Assembly: GCA_964588435.1 (NCBI GenBank)
Contig: CAZPPI010000002.1
Span: forward strand, 3,542-67,541
DNA length: 64,000 nucleotides
Direction: 5' to 3'
Origin: an uncultured Gammaproteobacteria bacterium
Lineage (GTDB): Bacteria; Patescibacteriota; Patescibacteriia; Patescibacteriales; UBA12465
Shown: piece by piece, positions 1 to 9,668 of the stretch
Layout: each line of letters begins with the position of its first letter
How positions within the stretch are numbered: position 1 is the first letter of the stretch
Program-made: the position numbers and the translations under genes
Notes under the pieces: model-generated
The model's input: only the letters and a program-made list of their open reading frames with translations
What the model was told of the DNA's origin: nothing
Database searches by the model: none

Positions 1-1066
1 ATTATCCCTGAGTTAAAAGATAAAAGGTCAAGCTCAGTACTTTCTGGAGTAGTCGAGAAACTATTGTTAAAAAATTTAATTTGATTTTTTTCTAACACTA
101 ATTCTAAACGATGTTCTAAATTTTTAAAATTAGCAACCGTCTTTTCGTAAATATTTTTTGATATTTTCAAAGCTTTCGTTACTTCAATGGCGGCGGCAAT
201 ATTTTCTTGATTATAGTCGCCTTTAATTTTTGTTTTTAAGTTGCCGGTCTGGAAATAAATAATTTTTTTATTTGATTTTTTTGAACTTAAAAATTTTTCG
301 TAAGTTTTAAATTTTTCTTTTAGCTTTTGATTAATAATTAATAATTTATTTTCCTTACCAAGAGCAATATTTAATTTGGCTTTAAAATAATCATTTAAAG
401 ATTTATGAAAATTTGGGTTATTTGGGTCAGCTGGAGCGAGATGCTCTTTAAATAAATTAGTAATAACAGAAATTTTTGGAGAAATTTTTAAATCTTCAAG
501 TTGAAAGCTTGATAGTTCTAAAACGACGAAATCATTTGGTTTTATTTTTTCTAAAAAGTTTAAAGGCGAGAGACCAATATTACCTCCGAGCCAAGCTTTT
601 GACTTAGTTTCTTTAGTTCTAACCTTTTTATTTAATTTTTTATTTTTTAAATAGTCAGAAATTATTTTGTGAATTAAAGTTGCAGTTGTCCCTTTGCCTT
701 TAGTTCCGGTAACACCGATTATATTTTTAGTCGGACAAAGTCGGAAAAAAACATCTAAGGCGGAACTTAAATAAGATCCCTTTTTTAAAGCTTCTTGAAC
801 TCCAGGGCAGGCAATTGGCCAACCAGGAGAACGAAATAAAATATCAAATTCAAATAAGTTATGATTAAACTCTTTTTCAAGTTGGTAATTTATTTTTATT
901 TTGGTATCTTTTTGAAATTTAGTTTCTATTTTTGCTAATAGTTCTTTCGGTCTTTTATCACAAATAGTAATTTCTTGACCCCTATTCTCTTTGAGTAAAA
1001 GTTTAAGCAAGGCTTGATTATCAAGACCAAGTCCGAGTAGGGCAATTTTTAAATTTTTAGTTTTTT
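1..1066 (-). CDS. murD: UDP-N-acetylmuramoylalanine--D-glutamate ligase MurD (3' end truncated by window edge)
   Basis: Minus-strand ORF starting at ATG 1064-1066 (MVAKKTKNLKIALLGLGLDNQALL...). Mur-ligase P-loop GVTGTKGKGTT and MurD-like N-terminal Rossmann region. The ORF runs off the window start. Confidence 0.7.
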
Positions 1067-1096
1067 TAGCAACCATTTTTTTTATTTCTTGTTTGA

Positions 1097-3844
1097 TTAT
1101 TTCAAGTCGCCCCAATTTTCCGCCACCCCACCTTCAACTTCAAGCGGAACTTTAAGTTTTAAAACTTCGGTCATTAGGTTTTTTATTTTTGGTAAATAAT
1201 AATCTAGCTTAGTCTTTTTCACTTCAAAAATCAACTCATCGTGAACTTGGAGTAATAAACGAATATTTTCACTATCATTTTTAATTAAATCATAGATATT
1301 AATCATCGCCATTTTTATAATATCAGCCGCTCCTCCTTGAATCGGGGCATTAATTGCAATTCGCTCCGCCGCTTTTTTAATCATGGGAATGGAAGAATTT
1401 ATTTCTGGCAAAGGACGTTTTCTACCAGAAATTGTAATGGTAAAACCTTTTTCTTGAGCTTCGGCAATTGACTTGTCCATCGCTTTTTTAATTCCTGGAT
1501 AAGAGGCAAAATATTTAGCAATAAAATCTTTGGCTTGGTAATAGGGAATATTAGCTGCTTGCGCTAGTCCATGAGGCCCTTGTCCGTAAATTATACCGAA
1601 ATTAGTTGCCTTGGCTTCTTGGCGCATCTTTTTTGTTACCTCATCAAGCTTAACATCATTAATCAAGGCTGCGGTCGATTTATGAATATCTTCTTTATTT
1701 AAAAAAGCACTTAGCATTTTTTTATCGCCTGATAAATGAGCGGCGAGCCTTAGTTCAATTTGCGAATAATCAAGTCCAAGCATCACATAATCTTTAGCGA
1801 CAATAAAAGCTTGGCGAATAATTTTTCCTTCTTCGGTTCGGGCAGGAATATTTTGTAAATTTGGATCGGTTGAAGATAGACGACCGGTGGCAGTAATGGC
1901 TTGATTAAAATGACTATGAATTCTTCCGGTTTTTTTATCAACTAATTTCGGCAGGGGATTAATATAGGTTGTAATTAATTTATTAGTTTCTCGATAATCT
2001 CTTAACTTAGAAATAATTGGGTGGGCTTCAAGTAATTTTTCTAATTCATCATCAGCGGTAGAGAAACCAGTTTTACCTTTCTTTATGCCGACGCTAGATA
2101 TCTTTAATTTTTCAAATAAAACTTCCTTTAGTTGTTTAGTCGAATTTATATTAAAATTTTCGCCAGCTAGTTGGTGAATTTCTTTTTCTAGTTTTTTTAT
2201 TTTCAAATCTAATTTTTTACCCAAAGATTTAATTGGTTTTTCATCAAATAAAACTCCGACGTTTTCCATCTCCCCCAAGACCTCAATTAAAGGTAATTCT
2301 ATTTTATTAAAAACTTCCAATAAGTTTTCTTCTTCAAGTCTTTTATTTAAAACTTTCTTTAGTTGAAAAATAATATCAGTTTCTCGGCCAATTTGTTCGG
2401 AAATTTTTTGAATATCAGGTCCATCAAGTTCTAAACTTAATTGTGTGCTTTTCTGTTCACTTCTAGTTTCTATTTTTTCATCAAGCCCTAGCTCTTTAAA
2501 AGCTAAAGAGCTAATTTCATGATTCCTGGTATTAGGATTTAAAAGATAAGAAGCTAGCATTGTATCAAAATAAAGACCACTTAACTTGATGCCTAGAGTT
2601 TTACAAAATAAGTATTCAGTTTTTAAATCATGACCAATTTTTTTAATTTTTTCGTCTTCAAGAATTTTTTTGAGTTCGTTTATTTCTTCTGTTTTTATAA
2701 AAAAAGCCTCACCTTCTTTTAGCGCCAAACTTAAACCTTGAACTGTTTGTTTTTCTCCGATCTTGGCACTAGCTATTTTTAGACTAAAAACTTTCGATTT
2801 TTCAATATTTTTTATTAAATCCAGGAGCTCGGTTTTCGTTTTTACTATTTTGTTAAGAGTTGCTTTTTTATTGACTTTAACAGAACTGTTAATTTTTTTA
2901 TTGTTTTCAATTTCTTCGCTTGGTTTGAAATCGCCGTCCTTGTTAGTTAATAAATCTTTTAAGGTTTTTACCTTAACAAGTAGGGATCTAAATTCAAATT
3001 CACTAAAGAGTTCAAAAACTTTTTCAGTTTTAAAAGTATTGAAGCGAGTTGTTTCTAAATTAAATTTTATTGGCGCTGATTGATTAATGGTTGCTAGTTC
3101 ACGGCTCATAAAGGCCTTGTCTTTATCAGTCTCTAGAAGTTCAATCGTTCTCTCTTTTAAACCACTTTCTTTTTTTTCAAGCGCCTGATAAATTCCTTCG
3201 AGATTTTCAAACTTCAACAAGAGTTCAGTTGCGCTTTTTTCACCAACGCCTCTTACTCCAGGAATATTATCACTTGGATCGCCGCGCAAAGCTTTATAAT
3301 CAATTATTTTATCCGCTCCGAAACCGTAGCGTTCTTTTATTTTTTCTTCATCATATAAAATACTGTCGGATAGTCCGCGACTCATAGTGTAGACTTTGGT
3401 ATCTTTATTAACTAATTGAAGTGTATCTAAATCTCCAGTGATAATTATTTTTTCCAAATTAGAATTTTCTGTTAGTTTGCAAATTGTTCCAATTAAGTCG
3501 TCTGCTTCAAAACCGCTGAGTTCAAAAACAGGAATGTCAAAGGCTTGAGCGAGACGTTTAATCAATGGAATTTGCTCATATAATTCATTTGGTGCTTTAA
3601 CTCTGGTCGCCTTATATTCGCTATAGGCCTCATGTCTAAAGGTTGGTCCTTTTTTGTCGAGAGTCAAAACAACATAATCAGGTCTAAATTCAGTTAAAGC
3701 TTTTAACATAAAAGAAGAAAAGCCATAAACGGCATTAACCAAAAGACCTCCTTTAGTCCTTAAAGTAGGTGGAATTGCGTGGAAACTTCTATGAATTAAG
3801 GCGTTTCCATCGATTATTATGAGTTTTTTCTTGTTTTTAGACAT
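1097..3844 (-). CDS. polA: DNA polymerase I
   Basis: 915 aa. N-terminal 5'-3' exonuclease motif (LIIIDGNALIHRSFHA), C-terminal family-A polymerase motifs (RRQAKATNFGIIYG, LLQVHDELIFE). Confidence 0.93.
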   Translation of the reverse strand: MSKNKKKLIIIDGNALIHRSFHAIPPTLRTKGGLLVNAVYGFSSFMLKALTEFRPDYVVLTLDKKGPTFRHEAYSEYKATRVKAPNELYEQIPLIKRLAQAFDIPVFELSGFEADDLIGTICKLTENSNLEKIIITGDLDTLQLVNKDTKVYTMSRGLSDSILYDEEKIKERYGFGADKIIDYKALRGDPSDNIPGVRGVGEKSATELLLKFENLEGIYQALEKKESGLKERTIELLETDKDKAFMSRELATINQSAPIKFNLETTRFNTFKTEKVFELFSEFEFRSLLVKVKTLKDLLTNKDGDFKPSEEIENNKKINSSVKVNKKATLNKIVKTKTELLDLIKNIEKSKVFSLKIASAKIGEKQTVQGLSLALKEGEAFFIKTEEINELKKILEDEKIKKIGHDLKTEYLFCKTLGIKLSGLYFDTMLASYLLNPNTRNHEISSLAFKELGLDEKIETRSEQKSTQLSLELDGPDIQKISEQIGRETDIIFQLKKVLNKRLEEENLLEVFNKIELPLIEVLGEMENVGVLFDEKPIKSLGKKLDLKIKKLEKEIHQLAGENFNINSTKQLKEVLFEKLKISSVGIKKGKTGFSTADDELEKLLEAHPIISKLRDYRETNKLITTYINPLPKLVDKKTGRIHSHFNQAITATGRLSSTDPNLQNIPARTEEGKIIRQAFIVAKDYVMLGLDYSQIELRLAAHLSGDKKMLSAFLNKEDIHKSTAALINDVKLDEVTKKMRQEAKATNFGIIYGQGPHGLAQAANIPYYQAKDFIAKYFASYPGIKKAMDKSIAEAQEKGFTITISGRKRPLPEINSSIPMIKKAAERIAINAPIQGGAADIIKMAMINIYDLIKNDSENIRLLLQVHDELIFEVKKTKLDYYLPKIKNLMTEVLKLKVPLEVEGGVAENWGDLK

Positions 3845-3996
3845 ACCTTAATTATATATAGAAAAGCCTAGTTTGGCAAAGTAAAAAAGGCCCCCTGAAA
3901 TATAGGCCTTTTAGCTTACGATTTTTTAGAATGTCGTTTTTTTTGTTTCAACTGATTTTTTTTCCATACGCATTAGTTTTTGATTTTTAAACAAAA

Positions 3997-4022
3997 ATCA
4001 CCCAAATAAATTTGGGTGATTG
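3997..4022 (-). terminator. Rho-independent terminator-like hairpin downstream of tRNA-Ala
   Basis: Perfect 10-bp inverted repeat aatcacccaaa/tttgggtgatt immediately 3' of the tRNA on the minus strand, followed by a T-rich tract. A second hairpin sits further on (aaaaggcc...ggcctttt, 3886-3915). Confidence 0.5.
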
Positions 4023-4030
4023 TTTGTTAG

Positions 4031-4104
4031 TGGACCCCAAGGGATTCGAACCCTTGACCCCCTGCTTGCAAAGCAGGTGCTCTAACCAGCTGAGCTAGGG
4101 GCCC
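4031..4104 (-). tRNA. tRNA-Ala: tRNA-Ala (anticodon UGC)
   Basis: Reverse complement reads GGGCCCCTAGCTCAGCTGGTTAGAGCACCTGCTTTGCAAGCAGGGGGTCAAGGGTTCGAATCCCTTGGGGTCCA. It folds as a cloverleaf with anticodon loop TTTGCAA and the G3:U70 alanine identity pair. T-loop is GGTTCGAATCC. CCA is not encoded. Confidence 0.9.
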
Positions 4105-4178
4105 AAAAATAATTTGAGCACGCGCCTTCTCACTGTTAAAAATATTAAATTAAGTCTAAGATAAAGTCAAGTTTATAA

Positions 4179-4424
4179 TTAATTATATTTTAATAATGGT
4201 CCTAAAAGCCAGCTCATGAAATTATTACCGCTTCCAGTAATAAAAATTATTCCTAAAAATAAAAAAACAAAACCAATTAATTTATAGCCGAGTCTTGAGC
4301 CACCAGATGATCCGAACTTGTCTTCAAACCAATTGATACTACCAAAATTATTTAAAAACCATTCGGTCTTGACTGCTAGTAATGCTCCGATGCCTAACAT
4401 TACTAACCCTAATGCTATATTCAT
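4179..4424 (-). CDS. small hypothetical membrane protein (81 aa, two hydrophobic helices)
   Basis: ORF with two predicted TM segments. No recognisable family. Sits directly downstream of the M23 peptidase gene. Confidence 0.45.
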   Translation of the reverse strand: MNIALGLVMLGIGALLAVKTEWFLNNFGSINWFEDKFGSSGGSRLGYKLIGFVFLFLGIIFITGSGNNFMSWLLGPLLKYN

Positions 4425-4451
4425 ATTTTTTAAATATTATTTAAGATAATT

Positions 4452-5618
4452 TTATTTTATATAATTTAAAGGATTATATCTAGTCCCATTAATTACAACT
4501 TCAAAGTGAAGATGCGGTCCAGTTGAACGACCAGTTGAGCCCATGGTTCCTATATTTTCACCTTTTTCTACGCTATCACCAACTTTAACATATAAAACTG
4601 ATAAATGACCATATCTAGTTTTTTTACCGTCACCGTGATTTATTAAAATCGTATTGCCATAACCACCATTCCAGCCAGTTGCAGCAATCTCAATTTTACC
4701 TGCTTCAGCGGCATAGATTGCAGTACCAGTTTTATTTCCAATATCAAGCCCATTATGAGCCCAGGAGAAATATTGAGTAATTCTTTTACCCTCAGTTGGC
4801 CAAACCATATCATCACCACTAGCCTGAACAACCGGAGCTTTAACTAAATCTTTAATTACAGAGACCCCGGTATAAGATGAGGCGGCTGAGGTTCTTGAGA
4901 CGACAGTTACTATCTTAGTTGCCCCTGGTAAAATTAATTTTTGTCCAATTTTTAAAGAAGCATCAACTGCGATGTTATTATGGGTTGCAATATCTTCATT
5001 TTCAATTTTATAAGTATTGGCAATTTTTGATAAGTTGTCACCGGATTTAACACTATAAAGTAAACCACTAAAAGGTAAAATGCTTAAAGTATCTCCGGGG
5101 TGAATTAAACTATAATTTCCAAGGTTGTTTGCCCATAAAATAGTATTAACTGAAATTCCAAAGCGGCTAGCAATTGAAGAAACAGTATCACCTAATTGTA
5201 CAACGTAATCAATTATTTCGGTTCTAACTTGAGTGCTAGTATTATCAATTTTGTTGCTGAAATTTTGTGGTTTTAAAATTAAATCACTTGATTCGTTAAG
5301 AGTTAATAATGAGGACTGAGTTTCGTTAGCATTTTCTGTTTTAAATATTTCGTCTTTATTAACGATACTTTCTTCTTCCTCTAATTTTTGTTTGGCGTCG
5401 GCTAAAATAGCAGGGTTTAATAATTCCTTTACTAAAACCTCTTCTATATTAGTATCAAAGTCAGAAAGAATTAAAGCTGCGGCAGTAGTTTTTGAAAGTT
5501 TAGCATTAGCTTCTTTTATTCCTTGATTAGGGAGAAAATTTGAAGCTGTTAAGATAAATAAAAAAATTAAAATAGCGCTGCCAGTCATTTCTTTTGATAA
5601 AATTTTTTTTAAAGGCAT
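4452..5618 (-). CDS. LysM-domain M23 family (LytM/lysostaphin-like) peptidoglycan endopeptidase
   Basis: Two LysM repeats (DTVSSIASRFGISVNTILWANNL and GDNLSKIANTYKIENEDIA). C-terminal M23 motifs (YGNTILINHGDGKKTRYGHL and STGPHLHFEV). Probable start is MPLKKILSKEM with a signal/TM at 5618, although the ORF stays open to 5702. Confidence 0.85.
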   Translation of the reverse strand: MPLKKILSKEMTGSAILIFLFILTASNFLPNQGIKEANAKLSKTTAAALILSDFDTNIEEVLVKELLNPAILADAKQKLEEEESIVNKDEIFKTENANETQSSLLTLNESSDLILKPQNFSNKIDNTSTQVRTEIIDYVVQLGDTVSSIASRFGISVNTILWANNLGNYSLIHPGDTLSILPFSGLLYSVKSGDNLSKIANTYKIENEDIATHNNIAVDASLKIGQKLILPGATKIVTVVSRTSAASSYTGVSVIKDLVKAPVVQASGDDMVWPTEGKRITQYFSWAHNGLDIGNKTGTAIYAAEAGKIEIAATGWNGGYGNTILINHGDGKKTRYGHLSVLYVKVGDSVEKGENIGTMGSTGRSTGPHLHFEVVINGTRYNPLNYIK

Positions 5619-5855
5619 GCCAGCCAATTCATTTTTTTTAAAACGAAAAATTTTAAAATAGATTGCGATTAATAAATCGTAAAATAAAACGCGAATGAGC
5701 AAGCGAAAAAATATAAGTATTACTCTTATTATTGCTGAGATTATTTTAGCAAAAAAACGAACGATTTTTATTATCGTTAGGGCTGTTTCTATAAAAAATT
5801 TTTTTATTTTTAGGTTTAATTTCTGTTTGATATGTTTTTCCCTTTTAAATAATTT

Positions 5856-6872
5856 TTAATCCACTATTACAGAGAAAGGCTTTTCTGATTTATAAGCCTT
5901 AGCGCCATTAGCACAATAATTCTTTATATTATTTTTAAAATAAGGTGGTTTAGTTGCCTGGATTTTACCAATAATAAAGTAGCTAAGTGCCATAATTAAA
6001 GCAGCTCCATTTTCTGGTTTTATTTTTATTTCCCAGCGTTGTTTTTTTTCACCAAAAAATTTATTTTCACCAAAGCTAATTATTAATTCTTTTTCCCAGG
6101 GAATAACAAATTTAGCATGGCGAGCTTCACCTTGGCTAAAGGCCCTAATTGATAGACGAGGACCAAAAAGTTCGTGTTTTTTTATCTCTAACATGGGAGC
6201 AATGTCGGTAAACTCATCAGGTAGGATGAAACTATAGGCTTTATAATTAACAAAATCTTTAGGAAAAGGCAAGTTTTTTAGTGTTGCTAGAATTTTCTTA
6301 GGTTCCGCATTTTCTGCACCCAAAATCATTCCTAAGTAAGTTGAAACATTATAAGTATAAGGTTCTCTTAATTTCTTGAAAATAAAAACCTTGTCGGCTA
6401 TTTTAGTAGCACTTGAATTAGGAGCACAACTAAAAAGTATGGTTTTTAAACCAAGCTTTTTAGCCAACTCTATTTCCCAGATAGAATCTTTTTCGCCAGA
6501 AGCAGAGATAATTAAAGCTTCTTTTATAAATTTTTTAGAAATTAGAGCTTGATATTCTTTGAGGATCCTCTTAAAATTACTTTCATTTGCAAAAATAGCC
6601 GCTTGATTTCTAAAAATAACTCGACCAGCATTATAAGCATTGCCACTGCCGACAATTATTGGCATGGCCTCAAAGAGCTTATCTGGAAAGCCAGGTTTTT
6701 CTTTAGTAAAAAAATTTAAAGCCGCTAAAACACTTTCATCTAAATTTTGAAGTTTTTCTTGTTTGGGTTTAGACTTGTTTATGAATTTTTCCATATTATT
6801 ATACAATAAAACTATAATCGCTAAATTAGCGATATTTAAATATAGTTTAGCATATATTTTATTATAATTCAT
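5856..6872 (-). CDS. SIS-domain sugar isomerase, bifunctional phosphoglucose/phosphomannose isomerase (PGI/PMI)-like
   Basis: Two SIS-like halves (IIVGSGNAYNAG and ISASGEKDSIWEIELAKKLG), each followed by a C-terminal PGI/PMI-like region. The true start may be the internal MEKFINKSK at 6794. The family call is by motif resemblance only. Confidence 0.4.
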   Translation of the reverse strand: MNYNKIYAKLYLNIANLAIIVLLYNNMEKFINKSKPKQEKLQNLDESVLAALNFFTKEKPGFPDKLFEAMPIIVGSGNAYNAGRVIFRNQAAIFANESNFKRILKEYQALISKKFIKEALIISASGEKDSIWEIELAKKLGLKTILFSCAPNSSATKIADKVFIFKKLREPYTYNVSTYLGMILGAENAEPKKILATLKNLPFPKDFVNYKAYSFILPDEFTDIAPMLEIKKHELFGPRLSIRAFSQGEARHAKFVIPWEKELIISFGENKFFGEKKQRWEIKIKPENGAALIMALSYFIIGKIQATKPPYFKNNIKNYCANGAKAYKSEKPFSVIVD

Positions 6873-6983
6873 CTTGATTTTTATTTCAATTTAGGTTATA
6901 ATTAAAATTACAAAAACTCCAAACTTAAATGAAAAAAATCTTGGAGTTTATTTTGTTGTTTTTTTAATGTAATATTTTTAAAT

Positions 6984-7703
6984 ATGTCGGGACATTCAAA
7001 ATGGGCGACTACGTATCGCCAAAAGGCTATAATTGATGCTAAAAAAGGAGCAATTTTTACTAAATTTGCTAATTTAATAACTATTTCCGCTAAAAAGGGC
7101 GGTGATCCTGAGGTCAATCCCGCTTTAAGAGCGGCAATTGATAGGGCTAAGAGCCTTAGTATGCCTAAAGATAATATTGAACGTGCGATAAAGCGGGGAA
7201 CAGGAGAGTTGGCTGGTGATCAAATCGAAGAATTATATTACGAAGGTTTAATTCCACCTAATATTCAAATTATTGTTAAGTGTGTTACTGATAATAAGAA
7301 TCGAAGTGGAGCAAGTGTTCGTCATATTTTTACTAAAAATGGTGGAGCTTTTGGGGCTGTTTTATGGAATTTTGAACAAAAAGGAGTTATTCAAATAGAT
7401 GCAGAAGATTTTAAAGTAAGCGGTCTTAATCTTGAAAAATTAGAACTTGAATTGATTGATGTTGGTATTATTGACTTTATTAGAGAAGATAGGGGTTTTG
7501 TAATTCAAACTGAGCTTGGTGATTTACAAAAGATAAAGGAACTACTCGAAACTAAAAACTTGAAAATTGAGTCAGCTGAAATTGAATATGTTGCTAAAGA
7601 GCAAATAGCCATTAATAAGGAAACAACAGAAAAGCTTGATAAAATTTTTTCTGAATTAGAAGATAATGAAGATGTAAGTGATTACTATACTAATGTAAGT
7701 TAA
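6984..7703 (+). CDS. yebC: YebC/PmpR family DNA-binding transcriptional regulator
   Basis: MSGHSKWATTYRQKAIIDAKKGAIFTKF...DPEVNPALRAAIDRAK is diagnostic of the YebC family. 239 aa. Confidence 0.92.
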   Translation: MSGHSKWATTYRQKAIIDAKKGAIFTKFANLITISAKKGGDPEVNPALRAAIDRAKSLSMPKDNIERAIKRGTGELAGDQIEELYYEGLIPPNIQIIVKCVTDNKNRSGASVRHIFTKNGGAFGAVLWNFEQKGVIQIDAEDFKVSGLNLEKLELELIDVGIIDFIREDRGFVIQTELGDLQKIKELLETKNLKIESAEIEYVAKEQIAINKETTEKLDKIFSELEDNEDVSDYYTNVS

Positions 7704-7711
7704 GATAATTT

Positions 7712-8185
7712 ATGGTTAGAATAATTTTAGGACTTGATCCCGGGATTGCTGATACTGGTTATGGGATAATAAGTTGTGAAAAAGGTAAGCTTTCTTGCTT
7801 AGCTTATGGTTCAATTAAGACGGAAATTAAAAAAGATTTATCTGAACGCTTGGAGATATTAGATTTTGAACTTAAAAAGTTAATTAAAAAATATCAACCA
7901 GAGCTTGTTGCCGTTGAACAGTTATTTTTTAATAAAAATGTTAAAACTGCCTTGATTGTTGGTCAGGCAAGAGGAGTTTTACTTTTAAGAATTAAAAAAA
8001 GTGGACTTAGAATGTTAGAATTTACTCCAGGACAAGTAAAACAGGCGGTAGCTACTTATGGTCGCGCTTCTAAAGTTCAAGTGCAAAAAATGGTAAAAAT
8101 AATTTTAGGTTTAAAGAGTCTACCTCAACCAGATGATGCTGCCGATGCTTTAGCAATTGCTATTTGCTCTTCGAGCTTTAAATAA
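7712..8185 (+). CDS. ruvC: crossover junction endodeoxyribonuclease RuvC
   Basis: IILGLDPGIADTGYGII N-terminus plus the acidic catalytic residues of the RuvC family. 157 aa. Follows the conserved yebC-ruvC linkage. Confidence 0.88.
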   Translation: MVRIILGLDPGIADTGYGIISCEKGKLSCLAYGSIKTEIKKDLSERLEILDFELKKLIKKYQPELVAVEQLFFNKNVKTALIVGQARGVLLLRIKKSGLRMLEFTPGQVKQAVATYGRASKVQVQKMVKIILGLKSLPQPDDAADALAIAICSSSFK

Positions 8186-8189
8186 ATTT

Positions 8190-9650
8190 ATGGCAAAAAA
8201 ATTGAAAATTGTCCATATTGTCTCAGAGGTCGCACCTTTTTCTAAGACTGGTGGTCTTGGTGATGTATCAAGAAGTTTACCTAAGGCACTTAGACGTTTG
8301 GGTCAGGAAGTTATGATTATTACCCCACTTTATGGCAAAATAATTGATAAAAAAACTTACAAACTTAAAATGCTTTTTAAGGGAGTTGATTTAAAAATTA
8401 ATAGTCAAGAAAGTGTTAAGGTTAATTATTGGCGTGGATATTTAATGGACGATTTGCCTGTTTATTTTGTTGAGTGTTCAAAGTTTTTTTCTAAATATAA
8501 AAAACTTTATGGCTCAAAAAATGAGAATGCAAAATTTTTAGTTTTTTCCGTTGCTGCTTTGAAATTATTATCAATTTTAAAATTTTCTGCCGACATTATT
8601 CATTGTCATGATTGGCAAACAGGTCTTATTCCTTATTATTTGAAAACAGATTTTCGTTATTCTAAAACTTTAAAAAATGCTAAAAGCGTTTTTACTATTC
8701 ATAATTTGATTTTCCAATTAGGACATAATTGGTGGGAAATACCTTTAGAAAAAAAAGATTATGGGAGGACAAGAGTTCCTCATCTTAGTGATCCTGGTTT
8801 AGAAAACATAAATTTTGCTAAACGAGCTATTCTTTCGGCTGATATTGTTAATACAGTTTCCGAGCAATATCGTTCAGAAATTATGACAAAAAAGTTTGGT
8901 CAAGATCTTCATCGAATTTTAAAAAATCGTGAAGCCAAACTTTTTGGAATTATTAATGGCATTGATTATAATACTTATAACCCAGAAAAGGATCCTGGGT
9001 TATATCGTCAATATTCTTTTTTAAATCATAAGGAAGCAAAACAAGATAATAAACTTTTCTTACAAAAAAAAGTTGGTTTACCGGAAAATATTAAAATACC
9101 AATTTTTTGTACTACTTCGCGGGTAACTTTTCAAAAAGGTTTTAATTTAATTTTGAAAATTTTGGAAAGTATTATCAAGCTTGATTTACAAATTATTTTT
9201 ATGGGAGATGGTAACCAAGAATATATTAAGCCAATAAAAAAATTACAAAAAAAATATCCGAAAAATATTGTTTGGTTACCTTTTTGTCAAAAATGGGAAA
9301 CCTTGCTTTATGCTGGTAGTGATTTTTTTCTTTTACCTTCTAATCATGAGCCTTGTGGAATTAACCAATTAATTGCTATGCGTTATGGTTGCATTCCGAT
9401 TGTTCGAGAAATTGGTGGTCTTTATGATACGGTTGAAAATTATAATCCAACTACTAAGAAAGGGAATGGTTTTACTTTTAAAACTGAAGAGGCTAACACT
9501 TTCTTTACAGCGATTGTTAGAGCCTTAGAAAACTATAAGTATAAAAAATCTTTTGAAAAACTTGTTAAAACAGCGATGAAAGAATCAAATAGTTGGGAAA
9601 TTCCCGCCAAGAAATATTTAGAACTTTATTATCAAGCACTTGAAGGTTAA
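8190..9650 (+). CDS. glgA: glycogen/starch synthase (GT5, ADP-glucose type)
   Basis: N-terminus KIVHIVSEVAPFSKTGGLGDVSRSLPKAL is the canonical GlgA KTGGL motif. C-terminal GT-B domain. Start placed at ATG 8190, since the longer ORF from 8157 overlaps ruvC. Confidence 0.88.
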   Translation: MAKKLKIVHIVSEVAPFSKTGGLGDVSRSLPKALRRLGQEVMIITPLYGKIIDKKTYKLKMLFKGVDLKINSQESVKVNYWRGYLMDDLPVYFVECSKFFSKYKKLYGSKNENAKFLVFSVAALKLLSILKFSADIIHCHDWQTGLIPYYLKTDFRYSKTLKNAKSVFTIHNLIFQLGHNWWEIPLEKKDYGRTRVPHLSDPGLENINFAKRAILSADIVNTVSEQYRSEIMTKKFGQDLHRILKNREAKLFGIINGIDYNTYNPEKDPGLYRQYSFLNHKEAKQDNKLFLQKKVGLPENIKIPIFCTTSRVTFQKGFNLILKILESIIKLDLQIIFMGDGNQEYIKPIKKLQKKYPKNIVWLPFCQKWETLLYAGSDFFLLPSNHEPCGINQLIAMRYGCIPIVREIGGLYDTVENYNPTTKKGNGFTFKTEEANTFFTAIVRALENYKYKKSFEKLVKTAMKESNSWEIPAKKYLELYYQALEG

Positions 9651-9668
9651 ATTTTTAATTAAAGTTTT

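Noticed and set aside
2763-3083. 106-aa ORF antisense inside polA.
   Set aside because: Fully embedded in a strongly supported conserved gene. It has a low-complexity hydrophobic translation typical of AT-rich antisense frames.
6908-7117. 69-aa minus-strand ORF overlapping the yebC start.
   Set aside because: It overlaps the conserved YebC N-terminus and has no supporting signals.
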